From Myxococcota bacterium (GTDB taxonomy: Bacteria > Myxococcota_A > UBA796 > UBA2385), in contig JBIJDH010000017.1 in NCBI GenBank assembly GCA_044344255.1, positions 32,001 to 96,000 of the forward strand: a stretch of 64,000 nt of DNA. The letters are read 5' to 3'. How positions within the stretch are numbered: position 1 is the first letter of the stretch; each line of letters begins with the position of its first letter. The notes beneath the pieces are model-generated. The model searched no databases. It saw nothing but the letters and a program-made list of their open reading frames with translations, and was not told where the DNA came from. Shown here piece after piece: positions 20,000 to 29,256 of the stretch. The position numbers and the translations under genes are program-made.

Positions 20000-20502
20000 G
20001 CGCCAAGAAGAAGGGGCTCAACCTCAAGCTCTCTGATGGCCAAGGCGCGGTCTCGGACATCAACGTCACGCCGCTCATCGACGTCGTGCTGGTGCTGCTG
20101 ATCATCTTCATGGTGATCACGCCCATCATGCTGCACCAGATGGCGATCAACCTCCCCGAGAAGACAGAGGCCGTGCCGGAAGAGAACGTCCCCCAAGACC
20201 AGCTCGTGGTCGCGGCCTGTAAAGACGGGACGGTCTCCCTGAACCGCACCATCTTCAAGACCCTGCCGGAGCTGCACGACGAGGTGGCGAGGCGGATCCG
20301 CAGCAAGTCGGAGAAGGTCGTCTTCGTAGACTCCGATCCGGACGCCGCCTACGAGGCGGTCGTGGCCCTCATGGACAGCGTCCGCGACGCCGGTGTGACG
20401 CGCATCGGCATCGCCTCGCTGAAGGAGGGGGAGGACTTCATCGCCTGCACTCCCGTGGCCGCTGCTCCGCCCCCCGCTCCCGCAGCGCCCGCTGCCCCCT
20501 GA
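19996..20502 (+). CDS. exbD: ExbD/TolR family protein (second copy)
   Basis: [23 protein letters not shown] start overlapping the upstream TGA. Confidence 0.9.
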   Translation: MSAKKKGLNLKLSDGQGAVSDINVTPLIDVVLVLLIIFMVITPIMLHQMAINLPEKTEAVPEENVPQDQLVVAACKDGTVSLNRTIFKTLPELHDEVARRIRSKSEKVVFVDSDPDAAYEAVVALMDSVRDAGVTRIGIASLKEGEDFIACTPVAAAPPPAPAAPAAP

Positions 20503-20526
20503 GCCGCTCCCCCGCGGAGGTGCTGC

Positions 20527-21270
20527 TCAGGGCACGATGAGCTCGCCCCCCTCCTGGGGCGGGCCTTCGTCGATCCAGCGCGCATACTGATCGTGGAGGG
20601 TCGATGCCTCGGCGCGTGCGCCCTCGGCCGTCCACCCGCGGGGATCAATCTCCGGCTGGATCACCAGCACCACCTCCCCCGGGACCACCACGGGAGCGCC
20701 GGGGCGGATGAGCCTGAACGCGCCGTGGCAGACCACCGGCAGCATCGGCGCGCCGGTCTCGCGGGCGAGGTGAAAGGCGCCGAGCTTGAAGGGCTGGAGT
20801 TGCCCCGTCCGGCTGCGGGTGCCCTCCGGGAACACACACGCGGTGCGCGGCCGCTCCCGGAGGAGCTCCCCGATGCGCCGCACCCCCTCTCGGGCCTTCA
20901 CGGGGTCCTTGCGGTCGATGAAGACCATGCCCAGGAGCCAAAAAACGAGGCCGATGAGCGGCATGTAGAGGAACTCCCGCTTCACGAGCCCGGTGAAGCC
21001 TGGGGGGTTCAACGCCGCGATCACGATGAAGTCGAGGGTGCTCGTGTGGTTCATCACGAAGATGCGGCTGCGCCCCTCCATCACCCGCTCCCGCCCGATG
21101 ACCCGCAAGCGCACACCGCCGATGCGGAGCACGGTGCGGGCCCAGACCGGCGCCCAGCGGTTGATGAAGCGGGCGCCGAGCAGCCCCCCCGACAGGATCA
21201 CCACCGCCGAGAGGAAGCTGAAGTAGACCGCGGTCCACAGGACCGCGAGGGCTGTGCGAAGGGGGGCCAT
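20527..21270 (-). CDS. plsC: 1-acyl-sn-glycerol-3-phosphate acyltransferase
   Basis: NHTSTLD (HxxxxD), FIDR, FPEGTRS, FKLGAF; ATG at 21270. Confidence 0.85.
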   Translation of the reverse strand: MAPLRTALAVLWTAVYFSFLSAVVILSGGLLGARFINRWAPVWARTVLRIGGVRLRVIGRERVMEGRSRIFVMNHTSTLDFIVIAALNPPGFTGLVKREFLYMPLIGLVFWLLGMVFIDRKDPVKAREGVRRIGELLRERPRTACVFPEGTRSRTGQLQPFKLGAFHLARETGAPMLPVVCHGAFRLIRPGAPVVVPGEVVLVIQPEIDPRGWTAEGARAEASTLHDQYARWIDEGPPQEGGELIVP

Positions 21271-21339
21271 CTCGCCTTTGTACCGCGGATCGGGGCGCGC
21301 CGACGTCGCTGCGATAGAGGCGCCCGCGAGGTGCCTGCG

Positions 21340-22191
21340 ATGGATCCCTGGCTCGCCCTTTGGACCGCCCCCCGCCGTGAGCGGCTGGACGCATGGATGA
21401 CCGCTCGGTTCCGCGAGACGTCGCCTGCCCGCTTCGGCGAAGCCTGCCGGTACCCCATCGAGACCGGGGGGAAGCGCTTTCGCCCGCTGCTCACGCTGGC
21501 CGCCGCCGAGTCCCTCGGGGCGCCCTTCGTCGAGGCGGAGCTCATCGCGGTCGGGGCCGCCGTCGAGCTCGTCCACACCTACTCGCTCGTCCACGACGAC
21601 TTACCGGCGATGGACGACGACGACACCCGACGGGGGCGCCCCACCGCGCACAAGGTCTATGGCGAGGCGCCCGCGATCCTCGTCGGAGACGCCCTGCTCA
21701 CCGAGGCCTTCGCCGTCCTCGCCGGTCGTGCCCTCCCGCCCACGGTGGTGATCTCACTCGTGGCCGAGCTCGCCGCCGCCGCAGGACCGGACGGCATGGT
21801 CGGCGGGCAGGCCTTTGACATCGGCATGGGCGGCCCGATCACCACGGTCGACGGCCTCTTGCGCCTCCACGCCGGTAAGACCGGCGCCCTGATCCGCGGC
21901 GCCGTCCGCCTCGGCGCCCTCGCCGCGGAGGCCGACCCCGAGGCCCTCGCCCGGCTCTCCACCTACGGCAGCGCCATCGGCCTCGCCTTCCAGATGGCGG
22001 ACGACGTGCTCGACGCAGAGCAGGACGCCGGCGAGGACGGCCCCCCCTCCTACGTGAAGCTGCTCGGCGTCGAGGGCACCCGCTCCCGCGCCGCCGAGCT
22101 CCTCGAAGAGGCCCTCGCGGCCATCGCCCCCCTGCCCGAACCCCACGCCCTCGCGGCGCTGGCCCACCATGCGGTCGAGCGCAGCGTTTGA
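21340..22191 (+). CDS. ispA: Polyprenyl (farnesyl/geranylgeranyl) diphosphate synthase
   Basis: GGKRFRP, HDDLPAMDDDDTRRGRPT, GDAL, GMVGGQAFD, KTGAL, FQMADDVLD; ATG at 21340. Confidence 0.88.
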   Translation: MDPWLALWTAPRRERLDAWMTARFRETSPARFGEACRYPIETGGKRFRPLLTLAAAESLGAPFVEAELIAVGAAVELVHTYSLVHDDLPAMDDDDTRRGRPTAHKVYGEAPAILVGDALLTEAFAVLAGRALPPTVVISLVAELAAAAGPDGMVGGQAFDIGMGGPITTVDGLLRLHAGKTGALIRGAVRLGALAAEADPEALARLSTYGSAIGLAFQMADDVLDAEQDAGEDGPPSYVKLLGVEGTRSRAAELLEEALAAIAPLPEPHALAALAHHAVERSV

Positions 22192-22930
22192 GGCCGATCG
22201 CCTCGACCGCGTGCTCGTGGCGCGCGGGCTGGCCCCGTCCGTGGAGCGAGCCGCCGCCTTGATCCTCGCCGGGGAGGTGCTGGTCAACGACGCGCCCGCT
22301 GACAAGGCCGGCTCCAAGGTGCCAAAGGGGGCCGTGCTCCGGCTCCGGAGCGCCCCCTCGCGCTACGTCGGCCGCGGCGGGCTGAAGCTCGAGGCGGCCC
22401 TCGACGGCTTCCCCTTTGATCCCGCCGGCCTCGTCGCCGCCGATCTGGGCGCCAGCACGGGCGGCTTCACCGACTGCCTGCTCCAGCGCGGGGCCCGACG
22501 GGTCTACGCGATCGACGTCGGCTACGGTCAGCTCGACTGGCGGCTCCGAAAGCACCCCGATGTGGTGGTGATGGAGCGCACCAACGCCCGCACGATGGCC
22601 GCCTTGCCCGAGCCCATCGACCTCGTCGTGGGCGACCTCTCCTTCATCTCCCTCCGCCTGCTCCTACCGGCCATCTGCCGCCTCGGCCGCCCGGGCGGGG
22701 CCGGGATCTTCCTCGTGAAACCTCAGTTCGAGCTGCCACGGGGCGCGCTCGGCCCCGGGGGCAAGGTCGAGGACCCCGCGAGGCGACAGGAGGCCATCCA
22801 AGGCATCCAGGCCGAATTCCGGGAGGCCGGCTTCACGGTGCGGGGCTCGCTCCCCTCCCCCATCGCCGGCGTCAAGGCAGGCAACGTCGAGGAGCTCGTG
22901 TGGGTGCGGCTCCCGGAGGTGTCACCCTGA
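22169..22930 (+). CDS. tlyA: TlyA-family rRNA 2'-O-methyltransferase
   Basis: S4-like RLDRVLV, YVGRGGLKL, DLGASTGGFTD, DVGYGQL, DLSFISL, VKPQFE, SPIAG..GNVE. Confidence 0.92.
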   Translation: MRSSAAFEADRLDRVLVARGLAPSVERAAALILAGEVLVNDAPADKAGSKVPKGAVLRLRSAPSRYVGRGGLKLEAALDGFPFDPAGLVAADLGASTGGFTDCLLQRGARRVYAIDVGYGQLDWRLRKHPDVVVMERTNARTMAALPEPIDLVVGDLSFISLRLLLPAICRLGRPGGAGIFLVKPQFELPRGALGPGGKVEDPARRQEAIQGIQAEFREAGFTVRGSLPSPIAGVKAGNVEELVWVRLPEVSP

Positions 22931-23304
22931 GCTGGCTCCTGCTCCTGCTCCTGGCCTGCGCCACCGAGCCGCCGCCCGCCCCCCTGCCGCCCTCGGCCCT
23001 CGAGGTGGCCGCCCCGATCGGCCGCATGGCCCGCCTGGGCGACCTCGAGGGCTACATCGCACGACCAGCCGACGATGATCCGCACCCCGCCTTGCTCCTC
23101 TGGGTCGGTGACCTCGAGGGCCCCACGCGCGAGCGGGCGATGACCGAGGCGAGGTCTGGCCAGATCGTGCTCGCCGCGCCCCCGCTGGCCGACGCCGCCC
23201 GCAGCCGCGCCTGGCTCCAGGGCATGCGCGGCGCCACCACCGTCGCGGAGCGCTGCCTCCGACCGAGCTGTCCTGATGCGCCGCCGACTCCAGCAGGCCC
23301 GTGA
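22927..23304 (+). CDS. Hypothetical lipoprotein resembling a degenerate dienelactone-hydrolase N-terminus
   Basis: WLLLLLLAC lipobox; LEGYIARP...HPALL; start uncertain (GTG 22900 or CTG 22927 after GGAGGT). Confidence 0.5.
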   Translation: MSWLLLLLLACATEPPPAPLPPSALEVAAPIGRMARLGDLEGYIARPADDDPHPALLLWVGDLEGPTRERAMTEARSGQIVLAAPPLADAARSRAWLQGMRGATTVAERCLRPSCPDAPPTPAGP

Positions 23305-24175
23305 CGCCTGGACCTTCGTGCGCGGCGTCTCCCGGGGCGTGCGCAAGGGAGACCTCTTCCCCGCCGCCGGTCGTCGCGGCCCGGCGGCGGCGCCCGGGGG
23401 CACGACCGAGCCCGAGACCCACGGCGGCCCCTGGCGACGGCTGCGGGAGGAGGTGGGCTGGTTCGTCCAGAGTGAGCACCGGATCGAGCTCCCCGGCCTG
23501 ACGGCCCCCCTCCGCGTGCTGCACCTGACCGACGTCCACCTGCGCGCCGAGGGCCCCTGGCTCGACGCCCTCTGCGCCCGCCTCGCGGCGCTCCCCGCCC
23601 CCGACCTCGTCCTCCTCACCGGCGACGTTGTCACCCGCGGCTGGACGGAGGCGGCCGTGCTGCGCTTCCTCGGCGCTCTCCCTGCGGCCCGCCTCGGCCG
23701 CTTCGCCATCCTCGGCAACTGGGAGTGGTGGGCCGGCGCGCCGCCCATCCGCTGGCGGCCCTTGCTCGAGGGCGCGGGCGTTCGACTGCTCGTCAACGAG
23801 GTGGTCGACCTCGGGGCCCTCATCCTCGGCGGCACCGACGACCACCTCGCCGGAAAGGTCGACCTGCCCGCCTTCCGCGCCGACCTCCCCGTGGGTCGGC
23901 CCACGGTCGTGATGTCCCACAGCCCCGCCGCCTTCGCCGCGCTGGCTGGCCCGCCCGTCCACCTCGTCCTCGCAGGCCACTCGCACGCAGGTCAGCTCCG
24001 CCTGCCGATCCTCGGGGCGATGTGGGTGCCGAAGGGCACCGACCAGTGGATCGCCGGCTGGTACGAGGCGGAGGGGAGCCACCTCTACGTGGGCCGGGGC
24101 CTCGGCTGGTCGATCGCCCCGGTCCGCCTCCGCTGCCCGCCCGAGCTGGCGCTGATTCACCTCCTCCCTGGCTGA
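23276..24175 (+). CDS. Metallophosphoesterase (YkuE/YaeI-like)
   Basis: LTDVH, TGD, LGNWE, MSHSP, GHSHAGQ, GRGLG...RLRCPPE. Confidence 0.88.
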   Translation: MRRRLQQARDAWTFVRGVSRGVRKGDLFPAAGRRGPAAAPGGTTEPETHGGPWRRLREEVGWFVQSEHRIELPGLTAPLRVLHLTDVHLRAEGPWLDALCARLAALPAPDLVLLTGDVVTRGWTEAAVLRFLGALPAARLGRFAILGNWEWWAGAPPIRWRPLLEGAGVRLLVNEVVDLGALILGGTDDHLAGKVDLPAFRADLPVGRPTVVMSHSPAAFAALAGPPVHLVLAGHSHAGQLRLPILGAMWVPKGTDQWIAGWYEAEGSHLYVGRGLGWSIAPVRLRCPPELALIHLLPG

Positions 24176-24193
24176 TCAGCGCGCCGCAGGGGC

Positions 24194-24625
24194 TCAGGCG
24201 AAGGCGGCCTGCATCGCCGCCGTGTCACTGTACTCGTGATAACCGTACACGAGCCCGTCACGAACGGTCGCCAGCGCCGCGTACTCGTTCTCGCAGATCC
24301 GCCCCGTCGCCCGCACCCGAAAGCGCTCCCGGGCGCGTAAAAAGACGTGATCCCCCGAGGGCCAGAAGCCGAGCACTCGGATCTCGAGGTAGTCCGTGTG
24401 GTCGATGATGTGGTCGATGAAGCGGCGGATCTCCCGCCCCCGATACGGCCCCGCCCATGGGATGACCCGCGGGTCTCCCGGGAAGCTCCACGTGCAGTCT
24501 GGGTGGGTGAGGGCCTCTATACCCTCCCGATCGGCGAGGAGATAGCAGGCAAATGCCGCCTTGACGACATCGATCGGCGAGGCCGCGATGGCAGGATCAC
24601 TTGGAGCGGACGATGCGGAATTCAC
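24194..24625 (-). CDS. SnoaL/NTF2-like fold protein
   Basis: IPWAGPYRG...RFRVRATGR...VRDGLVYGYHEYSDTAA pattern; overlaps the upstream gene by 29 bp. Confidence 0.8.
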   Translation of the reverse strand: MNSASSAPSDPAIAASPIDVVKAAFACYLLADREGIEALTHPDCTWSFPGDPRVIPWAGPYRGREIRRFIDHIIDHTDYLEIRVLGFWPSGDHVFLRARERFRVRATGRICENEYAALATVRDGLVYGYHEYSDTAAMQAAFA

Positions 24626-27600
24626 GTCGGACCTCCGGGTTGCGCACCTTGCGGGTCACCTCGAAGGAGGCGGTCTGTCGGCCGACCCGACTGTCCATCT
24701 TCCACCATCGGCCGCCCTCCTTCCGCTCGATGTCCACCTCGATGTCGCCGTTGTAGGTGATGTGCGTGTACAGGAACTCGTCATCCGGCAGGGGGTGGAC
24801 GATGAGGATCTGATCCTCGGGCTTGGCGGCGACCCGGACGACGAAGCGGAGGTCGCCCCGCTCGGCCTGGAAGCTCCAGGTGGTCAGGTCGGCGTGGTGC
24901 TCTCGGTTGAAGTAGAAGGCCTCGACCAGGTTGCTGCGATAGACCTCTCCCCGGTAGACGAAGGTGGCCCAAGTAGTGGCCTGAGACCAGTCGTTGAAAC
25001 GGGCGCCGATCGCCTCCATCATGAACTCGGGGTCGCCCTCGAACTCGCCACAGTGGGCCCACGACCAGGCCTTCAGGTGCCGGGTGTTCCAGTAGTGGCC
25101 GTCGCTGGCGAGCTGATCGGTGATCGTGTAAGGCTCTCCGTTCACGACCACGGTTCCGGAGAGGCGGTGCCGCACCGCGTTCGACTGGAAGTGGGGGTAG
25201 AGCTCGAAGGCGTCCATCCCCGTCACCCGCTCGACGCCGATGGCGTCCCGCTTGTCGAGCTGGAGGTCCCAGTCCACCGTGCCCTCGGGCCCCTTCACGC
25301 GGCCCCAGGTGCGACTGTCGCTGTAGCCCGAGGGGCCGATCCGCAGCAGGATCTGCTCGTCGTTGATGACCTCGGCCCGCCCCACCGGGTATCGCTGGCG
25401 CACCGCCACGTCATTCGTGGGGTTACGGCGATCGCGGAACCAGCACCAGACCTCGGCGATGCGCGCCTCCTCGATCGGACCGTTGTGGAGCACGTACCGA
25501 ATGACCATCGACCGTTCGAGGACAGGGTCAGTCCAGAGGATGTAATAGGCCTCGGTGGCGTTCACCGTGGACAGATCGAAGCGGACCCGGTCGTCCACCC
25601 GATCGCCGACGATCGGGGCCTTCGCGACCCGCTGGTGGAGGCCGGAGAGCGAGGGGGGCCGGCTGGTCCCCTTCATCGTGTGGGAGCGGCGGCTCTGCGG
25701 GCCGCTCGGCAGGTTCTCGTAGAAGGCGTTGTCGACGAAGTAACGGGTGTATCGGCCGAGCAGCTCGAGGGGCGGCACGAGCTCGTGGTCCAGATCGGCG
25801 ATGGCCTCCATGAAGGCCGTCTTCTCGGTCGGCGGGAAGTAGATCTGCTCCTCGGACAGGGCGCGGATGAAGTCCACGAAGGGGAAGAGCGCGTTCTTTC
25901 GGAGCCGCTCGGTGCCGAGGTTCAAGAACTCGCGCTTCCAGACGTCCCAGGGCAGGCCGCGGAGCTGGTAGCCCTGGGCGCGATGCCACTCGATGTAGTC
26001 CACCACGGGCTTGCTGTCGGGGTGGAGCACGAACCAGGCCCGGTTCAGGTTGGCCTTCCGCTTCGCGATGTGGACGATCGCCTTGGAGACAAAGTCGATC
26101 GGCGCCATCTCCCACAGGGTGTCGAGCAGCGGCCAGCTCCCGAGCTGGAGGCAGCCCTTCAACATCTGGGGCAGGAACTCGTCGAGCTTCGGGTATCGGC
26201 CGTCGGAGGGGCCGCCCACCATCCCCGGGCGATAGACCCCACCGGGGATGCCCCGCTCGCGAAAGGCGGTCCACACCATCTTGTCGCTGGCGTACTTGGT
26301 CTGCTCATACCCGTTGAGCAGGTCGTCGGCGTAGAGCAGCGGGTCGGCCTCGCGGATGAGGGTGCTCCGACCGTATCCGGTCGACATGATCACGCCGAGG
26401 GTGGAGACGAAGTGCACCTGGATGGGGTTCGGCAGGTCGGCGATGGCGAGCCGGAGCACCGTCTCGGTTGAGTCGACGTTGGTCGGCTTGAGGTGCTGAT
26501 AGGGATAGACAAAGTTCACCCAGGCCGCGGAGTGGACGATGGTGTCGATCCGGGCCGCGAGGCCCTTGAACTCCGCCTCGGAGTGCCCGAGGCGGGGCTC
26601 GAGCAGGTCGCCCAGCACCACCTCGACGCGGCTCAGGTCCACCCGGTCGAGCAGCTCGTAGCGACGCAGGTTGGCGATGATCCGCAGCAGGCCGTCTTCG
26701 GGGGTGGCCGAGCGCACGAGGCAGAGCACCCGGGCGCTCGTCTGCTCGAGCAGCTCGACGAGCAGGTAGATGCCGATGTAGCCGGTGACCCCGGTGAGCA
26801 GCACCGAGCGCATCGGCCGGTCATAGGTGGAGACGTCGAAGCCGGGGTGACAGATGTCGGGGGCGAGCTGCCCCTCCTCGGCGAGGGAGAGCTGGTCGGA
26901 GAGCAGGGTGGGGGCGCGACCGGCCTTCACCTCCTCGATGGCGTGGGCGAGGCCGGCCACCGTAGGCTCGGGGATGGTCTGCAGCGAGATGCTGTCCGGG
27001 ACGCCCTGATCCCACATGCGGGCGAAGGTCTCGGCCGCCTTCAGGCTGTCGCCGCCGAGCTCGAAGAAGTTGTCGTAGATGCCCACCCGGTCGATGCGGA
27101 GCACGTCTCTCCAGATGGCGGCGATCTTCTTCTCCCAGGCCGAGCGCGGGGTGACATATTCGGTGGCGAGGCTCGGGCGGTGGATGCGGGAGGAGGCCTC
27201 GACCGCGGCCTGGAGGGCCTGGAGGTCGTGCCCATAAGCGGCGATGCGGGCATACCCCTCCGCCGCGGCGGTGCGGGGGGTGGTGTCAGTCCCGCCCTCG
27301 ACGGCCGGCTCCTCGGCCGGCGCGGCCGCCGCGAGCAGGGCCTCGGCCTCCGCGGCGTGGAAGCGGACCCGCCCCTGTCCGGCGGCCGTCTCCTCCAAGC
27401 CCAGCCCCGCGTAGAAGCCGCGGGCGACCGCGTTTCGGGGGGCGGCCTCAAAGCGCAGGTGGACGGTGGACAGTCCGGCGGCGACGGCGGCGGCGGTGAT
27501 GTGGCGCACCATCTCGTGCTCGACCCGGCGCCCGAGCACCCGGCAGCTCAGGAGGAAGAGATCGGCCTCCATCACCGGCTCACCCTCCGTGCCCACGCAT

Positions 27601-29252
27601 CCGACCGGGCGGGCCGAGAAGAGTCCGACCATGCCGTAGTCGCCGAACCGATCGGCCACGCGCACCCGGGAGAGGACCCGCCCCGGCTCCGCGGCGAAGA
27701 CCCGCAGCTCACCCTCACCCATCGGGCGGCGGGCGGCGTTGAACTGGTTGGTGCGGTGGGTGAGCTGGGCGGCGCGCGCCCACTCGTCCGGGGCAAGCGG
27801 GCCGATGTCCAGGCGCAGCTCCAGCCGGGCCAAGAAGTCCTCGAAGGTGGAGGCCACCGCCGCCACCGCCGCCCGCGCCTGGCCCTGCTGGTATTGGGCC
27901 GTGCGCCCCCGGTCCTCCTCGGTGACCACCGCGCTGTCGAAGGCCCAGTGGTGCGCGACGAAGTCCGTCAGCCGCGCGGGATCGCCGGGGAGCTCGATCG
28001 CGAGCACCCCGGGCAGCGCCTCCCGGACGAGCGCACACTCCATCGGGCTGTCGTCGAGGAAGAGGAAGCTGTCGAGGCCGAGGTTGAGCTCGCGGGCGAG
28101 GCCGCGGAGGTTGTCGGACTTCGGCTCCCAGTTGATGCGCCAGCCGACGAGGTGCTCACGTTGGAGCGGCATCTCGGGGTGTGCGTCGAAGACCCGCCAC
28201 ACGAGCGCCTCGTCGTTCTTGCTGGCGAGGCAGAGCAGCTTGCCGGACGCCTGCTGGGCCACGAGGAAGCGCTGCAGGGCCGCGTACGGCCCGCTGACAT
28301 CGACCCCCTCCGGGCCCTCCTCCCCCACGACGCCGCCCCAGATCGTGTTGTCGCAGTCCACCACGATCACCTTCGCCGGGCTCGTGTGGAGCGCGGCGAC
28401 GGCGCGGGCGATCTCCGCCCCGATCGCCGCGCAGGCCGGCGGGGTGAAGGGGATGTGGCCGAGGCGGTCACGGGCCTCATCCCACATCCGCGCGATCGGG
28501 AAGCGGTCGTCGACGTGCCGCAGGTCCAGCAGGTGAGCGCCGGGGGCGGCGGACACCGCCTCGATGATGCGCTGGTTCAGTCGGCCGAGCTCGGTGGACA
28601 GCCCGAGCCGGCGGACGGCCCCGGGCGAGCTCGGCGCCAGCGCCACGATCATCGGCGGTCGGCCGCGCCGCTGGAAGGCGTCGAGGGCCCGACAGAGATC
28701 GTCCACCGTGCGCTCCACCTCACCGAGCTCCACCGCGGCTCCGTATCGGAACCAGTCCTCGATCCGCAGCAGCAGCACGCTCACGCCGGACTGGGCGGCG
28801 GAGAATGTGCTGGCGGGGCTCATCAACTCCTGGAACACCTGATTGTAACGAGAGAAGATCACCTCCGGCTCGAAGCGCAGGAGGCCGAGCAGGTGCCGGA
28901 GGGCCTCCTCGATGGGCTCGGCGGTGAAGGTGGCGGCGATGCGAACCGGCAGGCGCGCGGCGGCAGAGGCGGCCCTGGCCGCTCGGTTCTCGCGCATCCG
29001 GAGCAAGGTCTCGACCATGTCGTCGAGGGTGGGGAACTCATAGAGGAGAGTGGGCTCGAGCTCGATCTCGAGCACCTTCTCCAGCTCTCCGGTGAGGCGG
29101 ACCACGTGGACCGAGCTGATGCCGAGCTCGGAGAGGGCCATGGTGAAGTCAATCCGAGTGTAACCGAGGTCGGAGGACTTGGAGAGCTCGTGGTGGAGCC
29201 AGTCGCGGAAGCCCTGGACGCTGCTGCGGGCGGTGGAGAGGAGGGTGCTCAT
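24597..29252 (-). CDS. Multidomain enzyme: ACP, FkbH (HAD-IIIC glyceryl transferase), carrier protein, thioester reductase, tocopherol-cyclase/AttH-like domain
   Basis: LGISSV (ACP); VDCDNTIWGG, ASKND, INWEPKS, FLDD, RTNQFN, DRFGDYG, LSCRVLGR (FkbH); FFELGGDSL (carrier); LTGVTGYIG and YEQTK (reductase); EAYY, DGHYWN, WSWAHC (C-terminal beta domain, least certain). Confidence 0.85.
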   Translation of the reverse strand: MSTLLSTARSSVQGFRDWLHHELSKSSDLGYTRIDFTMALSELGISSVHVVRLTGELEKVLEIELEPTLLYEFPTLDDMVETLLRMRENRAARAASAAARLPVRIAATFTAEPIEEALRHLLGLLRFEPEVIFSRYNQVFQELMSPASTFSAAQSGVSVLLLRIEDWFRYGAAVELGEVERTVDDLCRALDAFQRRGRPPMIVALAPSSPGAVRRLGLSTELGRLNQRIIEAVSAAPGAHLLDLRHVDDRFPIARMWDEARDRLGHIPFTPPACAAIGAEIARAVAALHTSPAKVIVVDCDNTIWGGVVGEEGPEGVDVSGPYAALQRFLVAQQASGKLLCLASKNDEALVWRVFDAHPEMPLQREHLVGWRINWEPKSDNLRGLARELNLGLDSFLFLDDSPMECALVREALPGVLAIELPGDPARLTDFVAHHWAFDSAVVTEEDRGRTAQYQQGQARAAVAAVASTFEDFLARLELRLDIGPLAPDEWARAAQLTHRTNQFNAARRPMGEGELRVFAAEPGRVLSRVRVADRFGDYGMVGLFSARPVGCVGTEGEPVMEADLFLLSCRVLGRRVEHEMVRHITAAAVAAGLSTVHLRFEAAPRNAVARGFYAGLGLEETAAGQGRVRFHAAEAEALLAAAAPAEEPAVEGGTDTTPRTAAAEGYARIAAYGHDLQALQAAVEASSRIHRPSLATEYVTPRSAWEKKIAAIWRDVLRIDRVGIYDNFFELGGDSLKAAETFARMWDQGVPDSISLQTIPEPTVAGLAHAIEEVKAGRAPTLLSDQLSLAEEGQLAPDICHPGFDVSTYDRPMRSVLLTGVTGYIGIYLLVELLEQTSARVLCLVRSATPEDGLLRIIANLRRYELLDRVDLSRVEVVLGDLLEPRLGHSEAEFKGLAARIDTIVHSAAWVNFVYPYQHLKPTNVDSTETVLRLAIADLPNPIQVHFVSTLGVIMSTGYGRSTLIREADPLLYADDLLNGYEQTKYASDKMVWTAFRERGIPGGVYRPGMVGGPSDGRYPKLDEFLPQMLKGCLQLGSWPLLDTLWEMAPIDFVSKAIVHIAKRKANLNRAWFVLHPDSKPVVDYIEWHRAQGYQLRGLPWDVWKREFLNLGTERLRKNALFPFVDFIRALSEEQIYFPPTEKTAFMEAIADLDHELVPPLELLGRYTRYFVDNAFYENLPSGPQSRRSHTMKGTSRPPSLSGLHQRVAKAPIVGDRVDDRVRFDLSTVNATEAYYILWTDPVLERSMVIRYVLHNGPIEEARIAEVWCWFRDRRNPTNDVAVRQRYPVGRAEVINDEQILLRIGPSGYSDSRTWGRVKGPEGTVDWDLQLDKRDAIGVERVTGMDAFELYPHFQSNAVRHRLSGTVVVNGEPYTITDQLASDGHYWNTRHLKAWSWAHCGEFEGDPEFMMEAIGARFNDWSQATTWATFVYRGEVYRSNLVEAFYFNREHHADLTTWSFQAERGDLRFVVRVAAKPEDQILIVHPLPDDEFLYTHITYNGDIEVDIERKEGGRWWKMDSRVGRQTASFEVTRKVRNPEVRREFRIVRSK

Positions 29253-29256
29253 CGGT

